A DNA stretch of 64,000 bases from Thermoplasmatales archaeon SW_10_69_26 (lineage in GTDB: Archaea; Thermoplasmatota; SW-10-69-26), in assembly GCA_003009755.1 (NCBI GenBank), contig PXUB01000042.1:55821-119820 (forward strand). Reading direction: 5' to 3'. Position 1 is the first letter of the stretch; every line of letters starts with the position of its first letter. Positions 17,353 to 28,500 of the stretch are shown piece after piece. Under the pieces are notes generated by a model. The model was not told the origin of the DNA. It made no database searches and worked only from the letters and a program-made list of their open reading frames with translations. The translations under genes were made by a program, and so were the position numbers.

Positions 17353-20300
17353 TTGGGCAAGAAGAAGACCGCGATCGTTCTCACACTGGCATGCGTCGTC
17401 GTGGCGTTCGCTATCCCCTACATGATGGGGGGTTTCGACGCCGCGAGCGACGCCGACGGAGAGGCTACGAGCACGGACGACGCCGACGGAGCCGACGCCT
17501 TCGAAGGGCCCTCGGCTACGGCCAACGGCGACGATGCCAACGGTGCCGGGTCCCCCACCGACCAGGCGATCGTCGACGATCTGCTCACCGCGGCCAACCC
17601 CGGCTCCTCCGAGGGAGACACGATCCGGTCCCGTCTTGCCCCCCTGACGGCCACCGCCAACGACTCGGCGGCTGAACCCTACCCCACCCCCGAAGCGACG
17701 ACGCTGTACCAGGCGACCCTGGCCCACCCCGCGCACAGCGACCAGGACCTGCGCTACGTCGAGACCCTCCAACCGCTCCCCGAGGACCTCGACCGCGCGC
17801 TGGCCCAGATCGTGATCGCCCACGGCGTCTCCACCCAGATGCTGAACAGCGACCCCGCGCCCGGCGCCAGCCTGCGCGCATCCGTCACGATGGCCACGGC
17901 CCTCGACACGGCGATGCCCACGCTCGAGCGCTACGTCAACCACCCCGTCTGGGACACGACGAGCTCCGCCGACGAGGACGCCTCCACGGCCGAGCTGCAG
18001 GCGCCCCCGCTGCCCGAGGCGCTGCTCGACCTCTACGCCTCGCTGGGGTACGACCAGGCGACGGTCGACGAGCTCGAAGCCCCCGCCGAGGCCGCCGCTG
18101 GTGAGCTCCCCCCCGAAGAAAGCCGGGCGCTGGCTCGCCTGGTGACCGCTCAAGCCAACGTGCAGCGCGCTACCGCAAGCTCCCTGCTGTTCGTCGCCGC
18201 CCCGGCCTCCCACGGACCGTCCGAGGACGCCGTCGACGCGATCGACGACGGCATCTCCGGCACCCCGCTCGAGCAGCTGACGGTGGCCACCCAGCAGCTG
18301 CGAGCCGCCGCCCAGTCCGCCCACGACACGATCGAGACCTCGCCCGCCGACGAACAGGTCCGCGAGGAACCGTGGAGCGACCCGCTGGGCCTGATCGTGG
18401 TCGGGACCCGCGGCGAGGACACCTACGACGACCAGCACGGCACCGGTCAGGCGATCCTCGACGGGGCGGCCGACGCGGCCGCCGGGCAGGCCGACGGTCT
18501 GCGCGCGCTCGTAGGTAACGCGACCGCGAACACGAGCGACGTCTCCACCATCGCCCAGCTCGACGAGACCAGGGACGGGACCACCCGCAGCGAGGCCGGC
18601 GTGGACGCGGCCAACCGGTCCACGGAACCGAAGCCCGGCTGGCACATGCTCGTGCTCGACCCCGGCGGGAACGACACCTACCGGAACAACGCCGGCGGCA
18701 TCGAGGCCGGCAGCGTGATCGTCCGCGCCGACGTCGACGCTCGCGGCGCCAGCGAGGGCGTCGAGAGCCTGATCGTCCGCGGCGACCGCGTGTGCTCGCC
18801 CGGCGTCGGGTTCTGCGAACCGGACCAGCCTCCGCGCGTCGGCGCGCAGCTCCAGAGCATCGCCGCCGGAGCCACGGCCAGCCAGGGACCGGTCCCGCTC
18901 GGGCTCCCCCTGACCGCCACCGTCGTCGACACCGACGGCGACGACAGCTACGAGGACACCGGCGACGCGATCCAGGGCTCCGCCGACGGTCTCGGGGTCG
19001 GTCTCCTCTACGACCGCGCCGGCGACGACGAGTACGAGGGCACGCACGTCGCCCAGGGCGCCAGCGAGAACTACGGCATCGGGATCCTCGTCGACGGCGA
19101 AGGCAACGACACCTACGAGGCTCGCGAACGAGCCCAAGGGTGGGTCGAGCTGCCCGACCCCAGCGCAGAAGCCACGGTTCCCCTCCTGTTCTTCGAAGGT
19201 GAGGACCCCCGACCTGAGATCGCGCTCGCCCGCATCGCCGAGGGCTCCCTCATCGACACCGGCGGCAACGACGGCTACCGCCTGGCCAACGACGTCGGCG
19301 GCCAAGGCATCGTCGAGACCCCCGAAGGGATCCCCCGCCAACTCGTCAACAGCTTCGGCTACCCGGCCGAGCAGGTCACCGCCCAGCTCGTCGACGTCGG
19401 CGGCGACCAGACCCTCCCGATCCCCGAGCTCACGATCCGCGGGCGGACGACCGAGATGACACCCTCGCGGGTCAACGTCAGCGAGGAGACACCGGCTCAC
19501 TTCTGGCTCACCCGCCGCGTCCCCGAGCCGCCCTCGGACGACCCCGGCGGCCTCGCAACCGACACGTCCCGGTTCAAGACCGCGGTCCAGCTCGACCCCG
19601 AGGCGGTCCCGGATCCGGTCAGCGAGGACGCCGTGCGCGCCGGCAAGGTCCAGTTCACCTGTCGCGAGGGGGGCTCCTTCGCGAACGACGCGAACGAGGA
19701 CGCGACCGCGGAGCGCCTCGCCTGCGGGGTCGGCGCAGGCCTCGGCAACACGCCGCCGCTGTTGCTCTTCGGCGAACCGACGAACGTGACCGATCCGCCT
19801 GCGCTCACGGTCACGTTCGGCGGTGACACGCACTACAACGGATCCATCGCCTCGATGGGTCACGAGTCCTCCCCCAGCCAGTTCTTCGCTGGTAGGATCG
19901 CGGCCAGGTTCACCCCGGAGATCCTCACCGACCTCGCAGGGAACGACACCTACGAGGGGGAGAACAACACGATCGCCTCCCTGGCCAACTACGGTGTCGG
20001 GATGGTCATCGACCGCCAGGGAGCGGACGAGATGATCGCCCAGAACCGATCGGTCGCCTACTCGGAGGCCGCCCTCGACCTCCGGTCCGGCCCCGTGGCG
20101 GCCGTGCTCGACCTCGACGGTGACCTCACCGTGCGCTCGGGCGAACGGTCGCAGGGCTTCGCCAGCCTGATCGACAGCCGGGAGGTCGTCGCCGACGAGA
20201 ACTTCCCCCAGCGGACTCCCCGCGGTCAGATCGTCCCCCCGATGGCGCTGCTCGACGCTGGCGCCTCCGCCGACGAGCTCGACCCCGACACGGCCACGCC

Positions 20301-23300
20301 GGGTCTCCCCAGCGAGGACGAGGCCCGCAACGCCGTCGAGACCGCCGGCCTCGATCTGACGGCCGGGAACGAGAGCCAGGGGTTCAGCGAAGGCCTCGGT
20401 GTCGGCGTCGTCGTCGGCTCCCCCGCCAGGGACAGCTACGAGGTCGACGGCTGGGGCCAGGGCGTCCACGACGGTCAACAGCTGCTCACCCGCTTTTGCG
20501 AATTCGACCCTGCAAGCAATGCAGGCGAGGGCCAAGCCGACACCGTCCGGAATCGGCTCCGCGACGTCAACCCGTGGGCCGGAGGCATCGGCCTCCTCAT
20601 CGACCCGGCCGGCGACGACGACCACCTCGTCGACAGCGGCGTCGGTCTCGGCGACGCCACCGCCGACGAGGCCGCCTGCTCCAACCCCAACTCGCTCGGG
20701 CCCCACCACGTCAACGTGCTCGGGCTCGGCACCGTGCTGGACGTCCGCGGTGACGACGCCTACGAGGTCACCGACGAACCGCCCCGTCCGGCCAGCTTCC
20801 CGCCGCGGAGCTGCAGCGGAGGGAGCCTCTCCGAGTGCGAACCCAACGACGACAGGGCCTGGATGTCCATCTCCGAGGAGAAAGCCGCTGGCGGCAGCAC
20901 GACCGGTGTCGTCAACGGACCGAGCACGATCGGGTTCGGCGTGGACAACGTCCGCAACGCCCACCACCTCGGCATGGCCGCCTGCCGCAACCTCGACGCC
21001 TACGAGGCCGGCTTCCTCGACCGGGAGAAGATCGAAGGTGCCCGAGAGAGGGTCGAAGACGCCGGCTTCGGCGGCCCGAACACCAGCGCCGCCGCCTCGG
21101 CTGCGGTCCTCGAATGCGACGAGGCGCTGGCCGACCTGTGGGAAGCCTACCTCGGCGAGGTCGTCGAGGACACGCTCTCCGTCGACCGTCGCCCCAACCT
21201 CGAGGTCGCCCTGCCGCGCGCCGGCGGCGACGTCGACGTGGCCTCCGGTCAGACCGTCGACGCCTCCGACGAGCTCGGCGACGACCGCCTGCCGCTGCCG
21301 GACGAGATCACCACGCCCGAGGATCCCGAACCGCTGTTCCTCGGCGAGGCCGCCCGACCGCAGTGTCAGGACCGCCAGGACGACCGCGAGGTCAGCCCTC
21401 GCGGGGACCCCGATCTCGGCTGCCTGTCGGTCACCCGCGACATCGACATGGGCCAGTGGTTGACCAACGACCCCGCCTCCGACCGGCTGGACCCCGGGGA
21501 CACGCTGGGCTGCAACTGCTCGGTCCGCCTCTTCATCGAGGCCGACCAGGGCGGCGACAGCATCAACCTGCGCACGCTCGACGACCGCGGCCTGTACCCC
21601 GACCGCGGCCGAGCCACGACGCAGACAACCGACACGCAGACCTGGTACGACGCCTTCAACCGCTTCCGCGTCCCGCTCACCGTCGACGAACCGATCCAGG
21701 ACGGCCGCCTGCGCGGCGACTTCGTGCAGCCGGAGGCAGCCGCCGACTTCCCGCTGAACCTCTCCCAGCTGCCCACGGGCCTCGCGCGCGCTCAGGTCAC
21801 GGCGGTCGTCGAGGACACCGCCGCCGAGGAGACCGGCGGCGCCATCCCCTCGGCCGTCGAGCGCTGGCGACCCACCTTCATCCACGAGCGCTCCTTCCAG
21901 CAGGCCTACGTCAGCCAGACCGACGACGAGACGACGGTCTTCCTGGCCGCACCGGGCCCGGTCAGCGACACGACAGAGGCCACGCTCGCCATCGCCCAAG
22001 CCGACGCGGACCTGCGCGAGGAGCTCACCGACCAGGGCTGGACGGCGGCCAACGCGACCTCGTTCAGCCACGAACTCCCCTCGAAGACTGTGATCGACGG
22101 GCCCAGTCGATCGCCCGTCATCCCGCAAGCGGGAGCTCCCGCCTGCGCGGCGTTGATCGACGACCGGTTCGACGGCGACGCCGGCGTCTGCTGGACCGGC
22201 TCCGAGGTCGTCGTCGGTCTCCCGCTCGGCGAGGTCGACCCCGCCGACGTCGACGAGCTCGGCGCCGACGGCGAAGGCCTCCCCGTCGAGGACCTGACGC
22301 TGTCGGACAGCGAAGCCGAGCCTCGCATCCGCTTCTCCAGCGAGGACACCTACGGCGTCGACACGAGCGCCGAGAACGTCACCGAGCAGCCGGACGTCTC
22401 CGCGCTGCCGGACGTCCGCGGCGTCCCCGGCAGCGAGGTCGGACCGGCCGGCCGGGACGTGGCCGAGACCATCCTGGGCGATCGCAGCGACGAGAACTGG
22501 GCCCTGCTCACCGTCGAAGCCGACGAGGACGAGGCGATCGGGTTCTCGGCGATCGACCCCGACGACCGCGGCGATCTCGACGAGGTCAACCTAACCACCC
22601 AGCATATCCGCACGGAGGACTACAGAGGCGAGGGGACCGTCGAGAGGCTGGATGACCCCAAGCCCACCCACGAACACGCGCCGGTGCACCGTTCGCTGGG
22701 CGTGGGCGATGCCGACCACGCCCACCTGGAGATCTGGCAACCGCCCTCCAACGACGCCGAGGTTCTCGAGGACGAGAGCCTCGTCTTCGATGACACCGAG
22801 CGCCACGTGATGCCGTGCGCCAACCTCAACTACGTGAAGACCGACGACGTCCAGCGCCTGCTCCAGGAACAAGCGAGGAACGACTCCGATCTCCGCCACC
22901 GCACGTGTGCCACCTTCGCCGCCGACGGCGAGCTCAACTACCTGCTCCCGCTCGGCGGTCTCTCCGGCACCCAGATCGTGCGGCTGGAAGCCCACGGCAT
23001 CCAGGCCGACGGCGAAACCACGACCAAGCAGATCACCGGGTACATCGATCCGGTCGGCCCCCAAGGCCAGGTCTTCGTCGACCCGGCAGCCAACAAGACG
23101 GCCGAGACGTCCGTGCGGCTGCAGCTGTCGACGCAGACCGCCGAGACCCCGATGCTCACCCAGGCCCCCAGCGATCCCGGCTCCGACAGCGACCTCGACG
23201 CGATCGCGCTCGAAGCCCGCGGTCCCAACACCACCTGGCAAGAGGTCGACGACACCTGGGACCAGATCCCGACCCCGCTGCGCCCCAGCGTGGACGCTGA

Positions 23301-25536
23301 CGTCAACCTGACCAGCTTCACCGACCCCGAAGCCGACGCCTCCACCGTCGAGCTGCGGGGCGTGCTCGAGGACGAGTCCAACAACACGCTGCGGACCAAC
23401 GTCCGCGAGTTCGTGGTCGACCGCGCGGAACCGAACATCACCGAGTCCCGGATCGTCTCCGGAGCCGGCCAGGACCGACTCATCCTCTCCGTCGACGAGG
23501 CGATCGCCGACGTCGACTGCCGGACCGAGGACTGCCCGCTCGAGCCCCAGGAACCGATCCCGGGCGCCGAGCCGGAGCCGTTCCTCGACCGGACGCGGAT
23601 CGACATCGGGGCCCGCACGATCTCCATCCCGATCTTGAACCTGGAACGCGGCCCCACCTACCAGGTCGGCCTCGAGGTCACCGACACGCTCGGCAACACC
23701 CTCGCGACCAACCTGACCCTGGACACGTACACACCGATCACCGTCGATGCGAGCCCGATGGAGAACACTCTCGTGAACAAGACCGTCACGCTCAGCTGGA
23801 CGACCGAGACCCGCGACAGCCAGACGATCTCGACCTTCTCGAGCGCCTACCTCCTCCTGCCGGACGGCCCCTGCGCCCTGATGCAGTCCAACCCCGGCGT
23901 CGTTCCGGCCAACGAGGAGCAGACGAACGAGGAGGGGCCGCTCAGCGTGCGCGGCGAAGCCGGGGAGTCCGCGTGCGTGATCCCCGACGAGGGCGTCGAC
24001 GCCACGCTGCTCATCTACGCGCTCGCCCCGAACATCGACGGGCTCGCGCTCGACCGCGTCCCCGTCCACGTCGACACCGCCGGTCCCTCGGTCACCGTCG
24101 ACGGGCCCGAGGGATGGGTCAACGACACCGCGAGAGTCCAGGCCTCGTCCAACGACTCCCTGGCCACCCAGCTCGAGATCTTCGTCGACGGCGAACCGCA
24201 AGGGATCGAGGGCTCCGAGGGCGAGATCACGATCAGCGAGGAAGGCGAACACGCCGTGCTCGCCCGCGCCACCGACGAAGCCGGGAACGCCGCCGTGAAC
24301 CGGACGACCGTTCGCATCGACAAGACCGACCCCAGCGTCGACGCCCGCGTGCTCGGCGTCCGCGGCGGGCTCGCGCTCGTCAACGCCACCGCGGCCGACG
24401 AGACCTCGAGCGTCCGCGACGTGCAACTGTTCACGCGCTCCACCAGCGGCCCGGCCGTGCCGGGCGTCGGCGACGAGAGCGTGCTGCTGTCCGTCCCCGT
24501 CGAACCCTCCGAGGACGAGCTCGTGCTCCGCACCCGCGACCAAGCGCAGAACACCCGCGACCTGCGGCTGTCGATCGCCGACGTGCCGCGCGTCGAGGAT
24601 GGACCGCTCGTCACCGGCGTGGACCTCACGACGCCGGCTCCCGACACGCTGCGGGCCTCGTTCGACACCTCGAACGAGACCACGCCCGTGGTCATCGTCG
24701 ACGCCGGCGACCGCCACGTCGAGCGAGCCCTCGAGCCCGGCACCGAGCACGCGCTCACCATCGAGCGACTGCCGCCCGGGTCACAGGCCCAGTTGACGAT
24801 CACCACGCCGCGCGACAGCTCCCTCGTGCCCGTCCTCAACGCGACGGCCCCGATGCCCGAGGACAGCCAGCCGCCCACCGCGCTCGGCAACGTGCAGGCC
24901 GAGCCCGTCGAAGGCGCGGTCCGGTTGACCTGGGAGGAGGCCGACGACGACATCGGCGTCCGCGAGGTCGTCATCCAGCGCGATGGCACCGAGGTCGCCC
25001 GCCCATCGGCGAACACCTATACGGACGAGCCGGGTGTCTTCGACGAGCACACCTACAAGCTGGCGGCGGTCGACCACGCCGGCAACCGTGGTCCGTGGAG
25101 CGAGATCGACGCTCGACCGATCGCCACGTTCCAGATCACCGAGCTCACGACCGATCCCGAGGTCCTCTCCCCCGACGACACCGTGACGGTCGAGGCGACC
25201 GTCCAGACGCCGGCCGGCCTCACGCCGGACGTCGTCACGGTGAGCCTCGGCGGTGAGCAGCTGCCGATGCAGCCGGCCGACGAGGGTCCCTACTCGGCCA
25301 CGTACGAGGTCACCACCCGGCTGCCGACGCTGGACGTGGCGGCCGAGGAGACCGACATGGTGGTCAACGCGACCGCCGGCGACCGAACCGAGACCGAAAC
25401 GTTCCCGGCCCCGGTCGTGGCTACCGTCGGCCCGACCGGCGGCGCCGACCCCGACGAGGTCCCCGCGGCGGGGATCGGTTGGGCGATCGCGACGATCGCC
25501 CTCGTTGCTGTCACCCGACGGAGGTGGTCCCACTGA
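17353..25536 (+). CDS. Giant surface protein (2727 aa): Gly/Asp LxDxxGxDxY repeats, Ig-like and FN3-like domains, sorting signal
   Basis: TTG start, N-terminal hydrophobic segment, repeated GLLYDRAGDDEY/GILVDGEGNDTY, FN3-like VRLTW..YKLAAVDHAGN; ends VPAAGIGWAIATIALVAVTRRRWSH. Confidence 0.9.
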   Translation: MGKKKTAIVLTLACVVVAFAIPYMMGGFDAASDADGEATSTDDADGADAFEGPSATANGDDANGAGSPTDQAIVDDLLTAANPGSSEGDTIRSRLAPLTATANDSAAEPYPTPEATTLYQATLAHPAHSDQDLRYVETLQPLPEDLDRALAQIVIAHGVSTQMLNSDPAPGASLRASVTMATALDTAMPTLERYVNHPVWDTTSSADEDASTAELQAPPLPEALLDLYASLGYDQATVDELEAPAEAAAGELPPEESRALARLVTAQANVQRATASSLLFVAAPASHGPSEDAVDAIDDGISGTPLEQLTVATQQLRAAAQSAHDTIETSPADEQVREEPWSDPLGLIVVGTRGEDTYDDQHGTGQAILDGAADAAAGQADGLRALVGNATANTSDVSTIAQLDETRDGTTRSEAGVDAANRSTEPKPGWHMLVLDPGGNDTYRNNAGGIEAGSVIVRADVDARGASEGVESLIVRGDRVCSPGVGFCEPDQPPRVGAQLQSIAAGATASQGPVPLGLPLTATVVDTDGDDSYEDTGDAIQGSADGLGVGLLYDRAGDDEYEGTHVAQGASENYGIGILVDGEGNDTYEARERAQGWVELPDPSAEATVPLLFFEGEDPRPEIALARIAEGSLIDTGGNDGYRLANDVGGQGIVETPEGIPRQLVNSFGYPAEQVTAQLVDVGGDQTLPIPELTIRGRTTEMTPSRVNVSEETPAHFWLTRRVPEPPSDDPGGLATDTSRFKTAVQLDPEAVPDPVSEDAVRAGKVQFTCREGGSFANDANEDATAERLACGVGAGLGNTPPLLLFGEPTNVTDPPALTVTFGGDTHYNGSIASMGHESSPSQFFAGRIAARFTPEILTDLAGNDTYEGENNTIASLANYGVGMVIDRQGADEMIAQNRSVAYSEAALDLRSGPVAAVLDLDGDLTVRSGERSQGFASLIDSREVVADENFPQRTPRGQIVPPMALLDAGASADELDPDTATPGLPSEDEARNAVETAGLDLTAGNESQGFSEGLGVGVVVGSPARDSYEVDGWGQGVHDGQQLLTRFCEFDPASNAGEGQADTVRNRLRDVNPWAGGIGLLIDPAGDDDHLVDSGVGLGDATADEAACSNPNSLGPHHVNVLGLGTVLDVRGDDAYEVTDEPPRPASFPPRSCSGGSLSECEPNDDRAWMSISEEKAAGGSTTGVVNGPSTIGFGVDNVRNAHHLGMAACRNLDAYEAGFLDREKIEGARERVEDAGFGGPNTSAAASAAVLECDEALADLWEAYLGEVVEDTLSVDRRPNLEVALPRAGGDVDVASGQTVDASDELGDDRLPLPDEITTPEDPEPLFLGEAARPQCQDRQDDREVSPRGDPDLGCLSVTRDIDMGQWLTNDPASDRLDPGDTLGCNCSVRLFIEADQGGDSINLRTLDDRGLYPDRGRATTQTTDTQTWYDAFNRFRVPLTVDEPIQDGRLRGDFVQPEAAADFPLNLSQLPTGLARAQVTAVVEDTAAEETGGAIPSAVERWRPTFIHERSFQQAYVSQTDDETTVFLAAPGPVSDTTEATLAIAQADADLREELTDQGWTAANATSFSHELPSKTVIDGPSRSPVIPQAGAPACAALIDDRFDGDAGVCWTGSEVVVGLPLGEVDPADVDELGADGEGLPVEDLTLSDSEAEPRIRFSSEDTYGVDTSAENVTEQPDVSALPDVRGVPGSEVGPAGRDVAETILGDRSDENWALLTVEADEDEAIGFSAIDPDDRGDLDEVNLTTQHIRTEDYRGEGTVERLDDPKPTHEHAPVHRSLGVGDADHAHLEIWQPPSNDAEVLEDESLVFDDTERHVMPCANLNYVKTDDVQRLLQEQARNDSDLRHRTCATFAADGELNYLLPLGGLSGTQIVRLEAHGIQADGETTTKQITGYIDPVGPQGQVFVDPAANKTAETSVRLQLSTQTAETPMLTQAPSDPGSDSDLDAIALEARGPNTTWQEVDDTWDQIPTPLRPSVDADVNLTSFTDPEADASTVELRGVLEDESNNTLRTNVREFVVDRAEPNITESRIVSGAGQDRLILSVDEAIADVDCRTEDCPLEPQEPIPGAEPEPFLDRTRIDIGARTISIPILNLERGPTYQVGLEVTDTLGNTLATNLTLDTYTPITVDASPMENTLVNKTVTLSWTTETRDSQTISTFSSAYLLLPDGPCALMQSNPGVVPANEEQTNEEGPLSVRGEAGESACVIPDEGVDATLLIYALAPNIDGLALDRVPVHVDTAGPSVTVDGPEGWVNDTARVQASSNDSLATQLEIFVDGEPQGIEGSEGEITISEEGEHAVLARATDEAGNAAVNRTTVRIDKTDPSVDARVLGVRGGLALVNATAADETSSVRDVQLFTRSTSGPAVPGVGDESVLLSVPVEPSEDELVLRTRDQAQNTRDLRLSIADVPRVEDGPLVTGVDLTTPAPDTLRASFDTSNETTPVVIVDAGDRHVERALEPGTEHALTIERLPPGSQAQLTITTPRDSSLVPVLNATAPMPEDSQPPTALGNVQAEPVEGAVRLTWEEADDDIGVREVVIQRDGTEVARPSANTYTDEPGVFDEHTYKLAAVDHAGNRGPWSEIDARPIATFQITELTTDPEVLSPDDTVTVEATVQTPAGLTPDVVTVSLGGEQLPMQPADEGPYSATYEVTTRLPTLDVAAEETDMVVNATAGDRTETETFPAPVVATVGPTGGADPDEVPAAGIGWAIATIALVAVTRRRWSH

Positions 25537-28500
25537 AACGCGCGTTCACCATCTTGCTCGCCCTGATGACGATCGTCCCGTCGATCGTGCCCGCTGCCGC
25601 CCAGCAGCCGGACCCGGGACCGGAGGATCCGGCCCCCGAACAGCCGCCGGAGGAACCCCCCGAACAGCCGCCCGAGGAGCCCCCCGAAGAGCCGCCCGAG
25701 GAGCCCCCGGAAGAACCGCCCGAGGAGCCACCCGAGGAACCACCCGAGCAACCTGACCCGCCCGAGTCGCCCGCGGACGAGTCCCCGCGCGCGACGTACT
25801 TCTCGGAGGACTTCGACGACCTGTCCGGGTTCGCCCAGCTGCAGCTCGAGGGTGACCGCAACAGCGAATCCCTGTGGCACGTCGAGCCGTTCGGCGAGAA
25901 CGGCTCCAAGGCCGCCGTCCTGAGCGACAGCCAGGGCCTACCCCGCGGCCTCCACCAGGGGATCGCCAGCCCGGCGGTCGACCTCACGCCGATCCCGAGC
26001 CTCGTCCAGGACCAGACCGCGAACAGCGCCGCCGAGGCCGGCGTCGAGCGCGGCAGCCGCGCCAGCCAGGAGGCCGTGCGTAGCGCGGTCGCGTCCGAGG
26101 ACACGCTGGACTACTTCGACGACCTGAGCCGCAACCCCGTGTTCGAGATCGGCGACCTGACGCTGCCGCAAGGCCAGGCGTCGCTCACCCTCATCCACAG
26201 CTTCAACTTCGACCGGACCCAGAACGAGCAGGGCGAGGCCGTCAGCGGCTTCGCCGTGGAGGCCCGAACGCCCGGCGGGGAGTGGACCCCGGTCCAGGCG
26301 TCCGCGCTCGTCGAACCGGCCGAGGAGGCCGACGCCCCCGGTCCCCGCAAGCAGGCCGAAGGCGTCAACGTCCCCGGCAACGTCAACCCGTGCAGCATCG
26401 AACAGTCCACCCAGGACATCCTGGATTCGCTGCCCTTCCGGGATGTCGACGAGGAGGCCATCCCCGGCTACCAGGAGTGCGACCAGGATGGCCTCTCCAC
26501 CGAGGCCGAGACCGAGGCCAACCAGTACCTGATCACGATCGGGGACACCACGTTCCAGGTCTCCACCGGTCCGGCCAACAACGGCACCGTCCAGGACGAG
26601 GGCGCGCCGCTGTTGCCCAACGCCTACATCCAGCCGCTCGACCAGCGCGGCTACACCGGCACCAGCGACAGCGACGACGACGGCCAAGCTGACGTCGTCG
26701 GCCACCAGTTCGATCTCTCCCCGTGGGCCGGCAAGCACGTCGAGCTTCGGTTCCGCGCCGGGACCAGCGCCGTCACCGAGGTCCCCGGCGGGTTCTGGGC
26801 CATCGATCACGCCGAGATCAAGGCCCCCGCCCGCTCGGCCGACCTCCGCGTCAACCTGACCGCGCCCAGCCTCGACCACGAGGCCCCGCCCGAGCGCGCC
26901 CTGGACGACCGCGGCCTCGAGGAGCAGTTCCCGGTCCGCGCCGAGATCCAGAACGTCGGGTTCACCGCTCAAGACGGTCCCTTCGAGGTCGAGTTCACGA
27001 TCCGGCAGGACGGCGAACCCGTCGACCAGACCGTCGTCGAGGCCGACCCCGGCCAGCTCGGCTTCCTCAACACGACCACCGTCCAGTACAACCTGACCGC
27101 GCTCGGTAGCACGCCCTACCAGATCTCCGCCGAGATCGTCAGCCAGCACCCCGACCAGCGGCCGACGAACGACGCGGACGCCGACCTGCTGCCGGTGGGC
27201 GTCGACGAGAGCGCATCGATCGACATCCGACCGGCCACCACGGTGACCGAACCCGGCGAGCTGTTGTCGACCACCGTCGTCGTGGAGCCGGATAGCAACG
27301 TCCCGATCAACGGGACCCTCAGCCTCACAGCTTTCCCCTACGACCCCGAAACCCAGTTGCCGATCGGCGACGGGAAGATCGAGCTGGGCGAACAGCAGAT
27401 CCAGCTCCCCCGCGCCGCCGACAAGCACCCGGCCGGCGTCGAGGACGCCCTCGAGAGCGCCGAGTTCACCCGCACGCTCCCCAAGGGTGCCTACCTGCTC
27501 GTCGCCCAGATCGGTGACTCGACCTCGCAGACCCCCATCGGTGTCGGCACCCCGCCGCCTCCGGTGCTCAGCGAGGACTTCGACCGGGTCGATCCGGGCC
27601 CCGAGAGCTTCTCGCTGACGACCGACAGCGGCGAGTGGACGGCCCGACCGGCCGGCGACGTCCGCCCGGTGCCGAGCGTGATCGATCCCGGCAGCATCGT
27701 CAACGGTAGCGCCTGGGTCCCGCTCTCGCACGAGTCCACGACCCTCCGCCCCGAAGGTGGCGAGAACGTGACCTCGGGATCGGTGAACCAGCCCAGCCTC
27801 CCCGCATGCCCCACCCCGCTCATCCTCAGCGTCGTCGTCGACGAGGCCGGCGTGGAGTGCGAAGTCGGAGAGGGCGGGGATCGCGTCGGAACACCGCTCG
27901 TGCTGCGAAGCCCCGAGGGCACCCAACGCATCCACGCGATGGCGACCGAGGTCCCCCTCCACGACGCATCCGAAGCCAAGCTCGAGTACCTCTCCAGCCT
28001 CGTCCCGCCCAAGGGTGGGTCCGGGGTCAGCGAGGCGCGCGTGTACGTCGCCACCGACCAGGACACGCAAGATCTCGAGAGCCAGCTCACCAACCCCGAG
28101 CGGTGCGCCCCGGTGAGCCAGGCGGTCGACGAGACCGCGCCCAACCAGACCGACCTCCTCGCGCAGGGTCCCTGCGAGACCGTGAACCCCGAGCCCCGGG
28201 AGCGCTTCCTCGTCCAATCCGTGTTCGACCTCGAGGAGATCATCCGATGCGAGCTCCCGAAGGCGCTCGAGACGGGTGGCGAAGCCGTCACGGACGTCAC
28301 CTGCCCCGGCCAGAGCGGCGGATCCCAGGCAGCCTGTCCGAGCACCGGCGGTGCCGGGGCCGAGGGCGAGGTCTGCACCGTCTCGGAACCGACCCAGCTG
28401 GCCGCGCTCGCCCCGATGCTCAGCGGAACCCTCGTCGCCCGACACGACGAGGCCCACACGTGGCAACGGAACGCCGTCGATCTCGACGCCTGGGCCGGCC

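Noticed and set aside
25635-25752. PPEE repeat as a phase-variation tract
   Set aside because: 12-bp in-frame units with synonymous divergence; an ordinary linker
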